A DNA stretch of 64,000 bases, from positions 3,520,562 through 3,584,561 of the forward strand of contig OZ241744.1 of the NCBI GenBank assembly GCA_965200965.1, read 5' to 3'. Positions within the stretch are counted from its first letter, which is position 1, and the number at the start of each line of letters is the position of its first letter. Shown here piece after piece: positions 20,701-27,944 of this stretch. The notes beneath the pieces are model-generated. The model was not told the DNA's origin and made no database searches. It saw nothing but the letters and a program-made list of their open reading frames with translations. A program made the translations under genes and the position numbers. Source of the DNA: an uncultured Candidatus Binatia bacterium (GTDB lineage: Bacteria > Desulfobacterota > Binatia > Bin18).

Positions 20701-21325
20701 CATTATCGCTTCCAGAGCAATCCCGGAAAAAGGATGGGAACACGCCATTTGCGCAATGGAGGCAACTCAAAAGCAAGCAAACCAAGAACTGTATTTGATC
20801 CTGCTCGGGGAGGGTCCAGAAGCCGATCGGCTCCGTAACGAGAACATCGATCAACACCATCTTCGTTTTCTCGGTTATCAAGCCGATGTAGCGAGTTTCA
20901 TTCGGCTCGCCGACGCCGGGGTGATGCCAACATATTATCAGGGAGAAACCAGCTCGCTTTTTGCGATGGAATGTCTCATGGAGGGGATTCCCGTTATTAT
21001 CAGCGACGTATCCGATTGCCGGGATACGGTATCCGACGCCACCGGGAGGAGCGCCGGCATTGTGATCAGGCCCAAGAAATCGTCTGCGACATTTGAGAGC
21101 GATCTCTCCAAGGCAATGATTTGCCTTGTGAATTCACGCCAGGCTTACCGGGAGATGTGTTCCGTGGCGGTCAGGATGAAGCAAAAATTTCTCCTGGATA
21201 CAAATGTCCAGCGCTATGAAGAACTCTTTTCCAAACTCCAATCAGGCGCTTCTTGTAACTTGAACTCAAGAAAGCAAGCAGATTGGGAGGAGATGGCAGA
21301 GGTGAATAATGCGAAATCTGCGTAG
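14747..21325 (+). CDS. 2,192-aa multidomain glycan assembly protein: sulfotransferase, two tandem-repeat helical arrays, WbsX-type domain, GT2 and GT4
   Basis: ATG at 14747 after GAGAGGA. Domains in order: sulfotransferase with PAPS loop GMHRSGTS and VLKDPR (to about 15470); 18-aa repeats 15557-17212; linker with SWRIAAPLR; 8-aa repeats 17531-18030; WbsX-type domain ([39 protein letters not shown], about 18090-19190); GT2 ([24 protein letters not shown], about 19210-19900); GT4-type ([16 protein letters not shown], about 20100-21250). TAG at 21323-21325. Confidence 0.85.
   Translation: [2192 protein letters not shown]
15557..17212 (+). repeat. about 30.7 tandem copies of a 54-bp (18-aa) unit in two alternating variants (108-bp super-unit)
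   Basis: Variant A is [18 protein letters not shown] and variant B is [18 protein letters not shown]. The 108-bp period was verified (gcgcgtagggg at 15601 and 15709). A 270-bp block AAB'AB is duplicated (gcgtaggggt at 16251 and 16521). The array is in frame within the giant CDS. Confidence 0.95.
17531..18030 (+). repeat. about 20.8 perfect tandem copies of a 24-bp (8-aa, EARRAAEE) unit
   Basis: gaagcgcggcgggcggccgaggag repeats without any visible substitution from 17531, and the last copy is truncated at 18030. In frame within the giant CDS. Confidence 0.95.
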
Positions 21326-21593
21326 AGCAGAGGGTCAACGGGCTGACAGCGGGCTGATATTGCGCCCGGCTTGCGCACGTCACCAGATAATCTCCGATCA
21401 GGCATGGACTGATTTGTTGATCCGCAGCATTAGTGAATCAGTCATTGACGGAACCCGCTTTCCGGCGTTTTCGAAAGAGGAGCTACAAGATGTGGGTTGG
21501 GGTCGACACCTTCGTTTTTTGGCGTGATATCGACCCTAATAACCGGGTTGCGTTTTTATCGGCACCACGAACACAATCCGCTATATCGACTGG

Positions 21594-22739
21594 ATGGCTT
21601 CTCCGGACAGGGAAATAAACGAATTGAATCTCCGGTACCTGAAGATCGCAAGAGACGCCGCCGGAGATATTGATGTGTTGAAAGAGAGATTTAACGCCGG
21701 TCAGCATGTGTTTATTCCGAAGTGCCCCAGACCCAGATCTCAAACCCTTGGAACATACGAGGAAGCGATTATTTCAGCAAAGCACATAAAGTCCAGATGG
21801 TGTTCGTTCTTTTCCGTCCACGAATATATCGACGATCCAGAGCCATGCGACGAAACCGTGGCCATTTTGTTAGAAAGCGCTCTCCAGATAAAAGAAAATC
21901 AGCGTCCAGATTCGGGTACATCAGCGAAGAAGCCTGGGAATCGGGAGAGAGCAATACATAAACTCATCAACCTGCCCGCACTGCGGACCGCTTTTGAAAG
22001 TTTCAGCGGGAATACGCCTTTCAACCATTGCGTGTGCGATGGATTTTTTCGGAGCGAGATCGTCCACGCCCTCGAACAAGACTTTCCCCCCTACGAAGAT
22101 ACAATCTGGCACGAGTACGACAACGCCGTTGAGAAGAAAAAGTCGACAAATATCTGGAACTTTTTTCCTCCTACAACCTATAGGATATTCTCTGTCCTCA
22201 CTAGTCCAGAGTTTCTGCGTGTCATTGCCGAATTGACCGGCATCGTTCCCCTCTTTGCCGACCCGGGCCTCAACAGCGGCGGGTGGCATATCCTCAAAAA
22301 AGGCGGGAAGCTCAACCCTCATCTCGATTTCAATATCCATCCGAAATCAGGCTTGCAGCGAAAACTTAATCTCGTCGTTTTTCTGCCCCTGGAGTGGCGG
22401 TCGGAGTGGGGCGGTGAACTCGGCTTCTGGGAGGCAGACCAGGCAAAAAGTGCCCCGGGCCGGCTGCTCAAAACTATTCCTCCCCAATTCAATCGGGCCG
22501 TGTTCTTTGACACCACCCAGCAGAGTTGGCACGGCCTGTCCAGCCCGGTCCAGTGCCCAGAGGGTGTTTTTCGCAAAAGTCTGTCGGTCTGCTATCTCAC
22601 CGACCCCCCACCTGAAACAGACCACAGGGGCAAAGCGCACTTTGCCCCGACACAGGAACAAGAGGGCGACCGAGCGGTGGCCGAGTTGATTCAAAAGCGC
22701 GCCTCAGTCTCGACCGCATCGTCGGTCTACAAGCCCTGA
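21594..22739 (+). CDS. 2OG-Fe(II) oxygenase family protein with an unrelated N-terminal extension of about 130 aa
   Basis: The C-terminal 250 aa carry PFNHCVCDGFF, the HxD-type motif GGWHILKKGGKLNPHLDF, a distal SWHG and RKSLSVCY. The N-terminal part and the true start are uncertain. Confidence 0.65.
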   Translation: MASPDREINELNLRYLKIARDAAGDIDVLKERFNAGQHVFIPKCPRPRSQTLGTYEEAIISAKHIKSRWCSFFSVHEYIDDPEPCDETVAILLESALQIKENQRPDSGTSAKKPGNRERAIHKLINLPALRTAFESFSGNTPFNHCVCDGFFRSEIVHALEQDFPPYEDTIWHEYDNAVEKKKSTNIWNFFPPTTYRIFSVLTSPEFLRVIAELTGIVPLFADPGLNSGGWHILKKGGKLNPHLDFNIHPKSGLQRKLNLVVFLPLEWRSEWGGELGFWEADQAKSAPGRLLKTIPPQFNRAVFFDTTQQSWHGLSSPVQCPEGVFRKSLSVCYLTDPPPETDHRGKAHFAPTQEQEGDRAVAELIQKRASVSTASSVYKP

Positions 22740-22913
22740 GCGTCTCTCTTCCCAGCACACAAAATTGCCTGCGCCAACGGTCCGGATTATGGGCGAGGCC
22801 TCCGTCTCATTCAGGGGAAAGATATTGCCCCTCTCGCCGGTATAGGCGAGCCGTGGGGCTTGGGGCGATGCTGCGGCGGCCATAGACCCTCCCGTTCAGT
22901 CAGAACAATGACA

Positions 22914-23606
22914 TCAGCGTTTGGCTCCCTCCAGGACGATCAGCGCTTGTCTGGGCGCGTGCTCGTGGCGCAACAGGATATATAGCGCACCCGGCCCCCC
23001 GTCGTAGGCCCGGGCGGTGGCAAAGGCCAGCACGACCTTGGCCAGCAGGCCGCTGGTCAGCCAGTATTTCAGCCGGTCTTTCAGCACCGGCGTCTGGCCG
23101 GGCGAGTTGCGGCCGCGGCCGTGGATGACCAGAATACAGCGCAGGCCGGCGCACAGTGCCCCAAGCACAAAGCGTTTGACCTCGGCCTCGGCCTCATCGG
23201 CCGTCATGCCGTGCAGGTCCAGCGAGGCTTGGCGGGAAAAAGCCCCCTGGCGAAGTTTATGAACCAGCCGGGTATCCAGACCCACCACACAGCCCTCGAT
23301 GTATTCGTCGGTATCGGTGACATCAAACTCAGACCGGCCGGCAACCAAGTCATACAGTTCGGCCAGCGCCTCGTTTTCCTCATCAATCAGGCTGCGGCGG
23401 ACAATGGCCGGGGATGGACGGCTGACCCGTGCGCAGTCGTCCTTGTTGAGCGGGGTCACATCTTTCATTTCTTGCTGGAACAATTCGGCGTCGTCGGCCG
23501 CCTTTTGGACCCGGAGTATAGGAGAGCGCGGCTTAGGAGTGGCCTGGGCCTGCCGTTTGCGAGCCTGCTTGCGCAGGCGACGAAAAGGAGCGTTGAAGCC
23601 TGCCAT
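22914..23606 (-). CDS. Smr domain protein
   Basis: ATG at 23606. C-terminal Smr motifs LDLHGMTADEA and LVIHGRGRNS. The upstream part of the 323-aa ORF belongs to a frameshifted cutA. Confidence 0.75.
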   Translation of the reverse strand: MAGFNAPFRRLRKQARKRQAQATPKPRSPILRVQKAADDAELFQQEMKDVTPLNKDDCARVSRPSPAIVRRSLIDEENEALAELYDLVAGRSEFDVTDTDEYIEGCVVGLDTRLVHKLRQGAFSRQASLDLHGMTADEAEAEVKRFVLGALCAGLRCILVIHGRGRNSPGQTPVLKDRLKYWLTSGLLAKVVLAFATARAYDGGPGALYILLRHEHAPRQALIVLEGAKR

Positions 23607-23661
23607 GCGTGTGGATACTACACCCGAAGGAAGGCCAGAACAAGCGCGCCGCGCCCGGCCC

Positions 23662-23988
23662 TCAGCCCATTTCTTTGAGCATCCAGGCCAGATAGCCGGC
23701 CGACCCGGCAGCAGCGGCGGGCTGATGACCTCCGGTACCTCGTAGGAGTGCAGGGCACGCACCCTGGCTTCAACCGCGGCAAATCGCTCTGGGCGGGTTT
23801 TCATCACCAACAGCCACTCGCGGTCGTCCGCATAGTGCCCTCCCGGAGGTACAAGGAGCGGACGGGGCTGAGTATGTTGACACACGCCACCAGCCCTTCT
23901 TTGAGCAGAGCGGTGGCGATCGTTTCGGCCTCGGCCTCTGAGCCGGTAGTGACCAGGACGACGCAGGCGTGGCGTGAAGGTCTGTCAT
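23662..23988 (-). pseudogene. cutA: divalent-cation tolerance protein CutA, about 3 frameshifts
   Basis: Pieces lie in three frames: MTDLHATP / ACVVLVTTGSEAEAETIATALLKEGLVACVNILSPVRSLYLREG / HYADDREWLLVMKTRPERFAAVEARVRALHSYEVPEVISPPLLPG / SAGYLAWMLKEMG*. Together they are colinear with a CutA of about 108 aa. The shifts are near 23965, 23840 and 23704. Confidence 0.65.
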
Positions 23989-24238
23989 GGGGCTTGTGTC
24001 TGTTCCTGGCTGAGCCGCTGTCTGAGTTCGGCAGCCTCAGCCCATACCTGAAGGCGCGCTGACCATTGGTGCACAGCAGCGGGATCTCAAGGCCAAAGCG
24101 GGCGCTCAGCTCAGGGTCGGCTGATATGTCGATAGTCTCCAGCCGAAACGGCGTATCGGCCTGGACTTCAAGCAGGGTGGCTGTCATGGTCTGGCACAGG
24201 GAGCAGCCGGGGCGGGTGTCGAGCGTCAGGCGGGGCAG
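23985..24238 (-). pseudogene. glutaredoxin-like (DUF836-type) protein, frameshifted, start unclear
   Basis: LTLDTRPGCSLCQ...LETIDISADPELSARFGLEIPLL, then a shift near 24050-24060 into ...LQVWAEAAELRQRLSQEQTQAP*. Its TGA overlaps the cutA ATG. No ATG or GTG start lies between the upstream TAG (24281-24283) and the CxxC motif. Confidence 0.4.
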
Positions 24239-25583
24239 GGTGGTGCCTGCTGGAGCGGGGCGGCCGTTGGACCGCGGCGGCTAGGCTGTGTTCAATCCGC
24301 ACCTGCTGGGCGTGGTGGTTGTCGGTCTTGAGCACGGTAATACGCAGCCCGTCCCGTTCGCACGCCTCAGAGACTTCCGGAATACGGCCAAACCATTTGT
24401 TGATCAGGCCGTTCAGGGTAGTGTAGTCGCTGGCCTCGGGCAGCTGAAAGGCGTCAATCCGATCGTTGACATCCGAGATGGTCAGCGAACCCTGGACGAC
24501 ATACTGCCCCTCGGCCAGCCTCTCGACCCCGGCCGCTTCGTTATCGTACTCATCCTGGATTTCGCCCACCAGCTCTTCCAGGATATCTTCCATTGTCACC
24601 AGCCCGGCAGTGCTGCCGAACTCATCAACCACAATCGCCAGATGCTCCTTACGACGCTGGAACTCGCGCAGCAACCGCGAGATCGGTTTGGTCTCGGGCA
24701 CAAAAAAGGCCGGTCGCAGGATGTCCTGGAGGACGATCAGCTCTTTGTGCTCCAGCAGCGGAAACAGGTCCTTGGCGTGGACAATGCCGCAGATGTCATC
24801 GAGGCTGCCGTCGTACAGGGGCATCCGGGTATAGCCCTCTTCAACCATCGTCCTGAGGAGCTGGCTGGAGGAGGCGTGGATGTCGAGGGCGACGATATGC
24901 GTCCGGGCCACCATGATCTCTTTGACGACCGTCTCGCTGAACTCAAACACGTTTTCGATCAGCTCGTGCTCGGCCTCCTCAATCGCTCCGTCCTCGCGGC
25001 CCCGCTCCAGCAGCAGGCGGAGTTCCTGGCCCGATCGGTAGTGTGACGCCTCGCTGGCCGGCTCAATGCTGAGCAGCCACAAGACCGTGTTGGCCGTCCA
25101 GTTGAGAGCGCTGATGACCGGAAACAGCAGCATCGAGAACAGCCACAGGGGGAAGGCCACGGCCAGGGCGGTAGGTCGCGGCCGCTGGATGGCCAGCGCT
25201 TTGGGGGCCAGTTCACCAAACACAATATGCAGAAAGCTCAGTAGCAGAAAGGCCACCGGCAGAGCCAGGGTATGGGCCAGTTGGGGGTCGGGGTGCAGGC
25301 CGACCAGGGCGGTGGCACCAAGAATCAGGCCGGCGACGACCGGCTCGCCGATCCAGCCCAGACCGAGCGAGGCCAGGGTGATACCGAGCTGGATGGCCGA
25401 CAGGTAGCCGTCCAGATGGTCAATCAGGTGTTGGGCTAGGCGTGCCGTCCTCTTGCCGGTCTGGACCAGCAGTTCGATCTGTGAGGCGCGGACTTTGACC
25501 AGGGCGAACTCCGCGGCCACAAAGAAGGCGTTGGCCAACACCAGCAGCAGGGTAAGAAGAATGCCGAGAAGCGGACTGTTCAT
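24168..25583 (-). CDS. CNNM/HlyC/CorC family transporter (DUF21 + CBS pair + CorC_HlyC)
   Basis: N-terminal DUF21 TM region, CBS pair and a CorC_HlyC end ...LRITVLKTDNHHAQQVRIEHS. The last 40 or so aa (a P/R-rich tail overlapping the glutaredoxin-like ORF) look like read-through. Confidence 0.8.
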   Translation of the reverse strand: MNSPLLGILLTLLLVLANAFFVAAEFALVKVRASQIELLVQTGKRTARLAQHLIDHLDGYLSAIQLGITLASLGLGWIGEPVVAGLILGATALVGLHPDPQLAHTLALPVAFLLLSFLHIVFGELAPKALAIQRPRPTALAVAFPLWLFSMLLFPVISALNWTANTVLWLLSIEPASEASHYRSGQELRLLLERGREDGAIEEAEHELIENVFEFSETVVKEIMVARTHIVALDIHASSSQLLRTMVEEGYTRMPLYDGSLDDICGIVHAKDLFPLLEHKELIVLQDILRPAFFVPETKPISRLLREFQRRKEHLAIVVDEFGSTAGLVTMEDILEELVGEIQDEYDNEAAGVERLAEGQYVVQGSLTISDVNDRIDAFQLPEASDYTTLNGLINKWFGRIPEVSEACERDGLRITVLKTDNHHAQQVRIEHSLAAAVQRPPRSSRHHPAPPDARHPPRLLPVPDHDSHPA

Positions 25584-25774
25584 GGCACTCTTTCATCAAA
25601 GACGCATCGTCGTATCCGGTCAAGAGGAAGGCAAGGCGATACGCCCTTTCTCCCACGGGGAGGGGGACACCAGCGCAGTCAGCCTCGGGCGGCTACTTTG
25701 AGATGGAGGGTCATCCATAAGCTGAGGTTCAGCGTAGTATGAGAGGCGCTTTTCTTGCAAGAGGGCCGGACAGG

Positions 25775-27913
25775 CTACGGCCCGTCCCCCTCAGCGGCCA
25801 GAAAACCGCGGATGTCGGCTTGGCTCAGCTCGGTCCAGCATTCGGCCAGCAGCACCGCGGCCTGAACCGAGCTGCGTTCGCTCTCGCCAATGAGTTCCCG
25901 GCCCACCGGGTATGTGTGCGCCGGGCTGCGCAGGACCAGCCCGCGGCTGTTCAGCGACCAAGCCGCCCGCCCGAGCAGGACCGGGCCGGGAGGCGAAGCA
26001 AATGACGCGGCCAAGCCGGCCAGCAGCGGATCATCACCGTCAAGGATAAACCGACACCGGGGGCCGACCGTGTCGCGCAGGACCCGGATTTCGTCCTGGA
26101 GGGCGTCGAGCAGCTCGACATCGGCGCTATAGCTGGGGGTCAGGGTATTCACAATTGCAATATCGGGCCGCACGGTCCGCAGCAGGCGACGCATGTCGCC
26201 GCGCTGGCGGATCCCCAACTCCACCACCAGAACGTCCAGGGGCGTGGCCGAAAACAGCGCGCTCCAACTCGCCCGGCCCAGCGCGTGGAGGACCGACCAG
26301 ACCGATTTGGGCGCAATCTCGATGTTGAGCACGGCCAGCGGCAGGCCGATCTCGGTATTATACGAGCGCGGGTTGGTCTGGACCCGGTAGCGAGCGGCCA
26401 GCAGCTCGGCCAGCAGACGCTTGGTGACAGTTTTGCCCCGACTGCCGGTAATAGCAATTATCAGCGGTTTTTTGCGACGCAGAAAGAGCCGGGCCAGCAG
26501 GTGCAGATAGGGGATGGCCAGACTGCGCAAGCAGGGAACGGACCGCGGCGGAGGCGTCTGGGACCTTGACTTGGCGTGAGCCGGCCGACCCGTAGCGGAC
26601 ACCTGGGCCGGGCGGGCCGGATATGCGGTGGGCTGGAAATAGCGGGTCAGGCGGGCAAACGCCCGCTCAATATCGGCCGGCTCACGGCCGCAGTTGATCC
26701 GCACATGCGCCTCCCCGCTCGGCCCAAAGGCCAGGCCCGGGACCAGGGCAACTTTTGCCTGTTCGAGCAGCTCGCGGGTGAGCCGCCGCGAGTCGTGTGC
26801 CCAGCGGACCGTGTCTTTGACCCGGGGAAAGACAAAATACGAACCTTCGGGTTTTTGATAGTCAAAGACGTGCGACAAGCGATCGAGGTGTTCCAGGCTG
26901 AGGTCGCGCCGCTCTTTGAAGGTCCGGCGAAACCGGGCGATGTGGTCGGACCCATATTTGAGGGCGGCAATGGCGGCATACTGCGAGACAACCGGGGCGC
27001 AGGTGACTAAGGCGTCGTGGACCTTCAAGATTTCTCGGGCGCAGAGGGCGGCGGTATGCAGGTAGCCGACCCGCCAGCCGGTCATGCCGTAGGCTTTGGA
27101 GAAGGTAAACACCCGCACTACCCGATGGCGGACGGCCGACACCTGGGCCGGGCTGAAATACGGCTCCGGGCCGTAGACAAAATCTTTGTACGCCTCATCG
27201 ATCAGCAGCAACAGATTGTGCCGCTCGGCCAGGGCGATCAGCGCCCGGGTCTGGGCCTCGGAAAAGACTGTGCCGGTCGGATTATTGGGGTTGCAGTACA
27301 GAATCAGGCGTGTGCGGGCCGATATACACGCCTCAAAGGCGTCGGGGTCAAAGGCAAAGTTGTGCTCTTCGTCCAGGGCGGCAAAGCGCGGGATACAGCC
27401 GGCCAGGCGGACTGCCTCCTGGTAGGAGGCATAGCTCGGCGAGGCCAGGATGACCTCGTCGCCGGGCTGGGTCAGGGCCAGCAGGCTGGCCGTAATAGCC
27501 TCTATTGAGCCGCACGAGACGATGATCTCGTTGTCCGGGTCATAGTGCATGCCCTCGCGCAGCAGGGACTCGGCAATCAACTCACGGAGCTGTGGCAGCC
27601 CCGGGGTCAGCGAGTATTTGGCGCAGGCACCCTCGGCTATTTTCTGCTGAACAAAGTCTTTGATCGGCTCCGGTGTGTCAAAACTGGGAATCCCCTGGGC
27701 CAGCGACACCACGTTGGGAATCTGGCCGGCGGCCAACTCCATCTCCTTGATGGGCGATAGCTTGAGCCGGGTGGCGCGGGCGGATTTCCAGTGTTTCACC
27801 TTGGGTAGCGACTCCTCACCGGAACGGGGCACGCCGGCCAGCCTAGCGAGGCGAGCCGGGCTTTGCAATGTGAGGGCCTTGGGGGTATACCCGGCAGAGT
27901 GAATGATGTTCAT
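25775..27913 (-). CDS. fusion ORF: class I/II PLP aminotransferase + MurF-like Mur ligase central domain
   Basis: ATG at 27913. Aminotransferase part to ...ERAFARLTRYFQ (NPNNPTG, FSKAYGMTGWRVGY). A P/A/R-rich linker of about 45 aa follows. The Mur ligase part has the P-loop IAITGSRGKTVTK, NTEIGLP, VVELGIRQRGDM and IAIVNTL. No stop codon separates the halves. Confidence 0.7.
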   Translation of the reverse strand: MNIIHSAGYTPKALTLQSPARLARLAGVPRSGEESLPKVKHWKSARATRLKLSPIKEMELAAGQIPNVVSLAQGIPSFDTPEPIKDFVQQKIAEGACAKYSLTPGLPQLRELIAESLLREGMHYDPDNEIIVSCGSIEAITASLLALTQPGDEVILASPSYASYQEAVRLAGCIPRFAALDEEHNFAFDPDAFEACISARTRLILYCNPNNPTGTVFSEAQTRALIALAERHNLLLLIDEAYKDFVYGPEPYFSPAQVSAVRHRVVRVFTFSKAYGMTGWRVGYLHTAALCAREILKVHDALVTCAPVVSQYAAIAALKYGSDHIARFRRTFKERRDLSLEHLDRLSHVFDYQKPEGSYFVFPRVKDTVRWAHDSRRLTRELLEQAKVALVPGLAFGPSGEAHVRINCGREPADIERAFARLTRYFQPTAYPARPAQVSATGRPAHAKSRSQTPPPRSVPCLRSLAIPYLHLLARLFLRRKKPLIIAITGSRGKTVTKRLLAELLAARYRVQTNPRSYNTEIGLPLAVLNIEIAPKSVWSVLHALGRASWSALFSATPLDVLVVELGIRQRGDMRRLLRTVRPDIAIVNTLTPSYSADVELLDALQDEIRVLRDTVGPRCRFILDGDDPLLAGLAASFASPPGPVLLGRAAWSLNSRGLVLRSPAHTYPVGRELIGESERSSVQAAVLLAECWTELSQADIRGFLAAEGDGP

Positions 27914-27944
27914 TTTGGCCAGTTGCCAGACAGGAGAGCAGACT

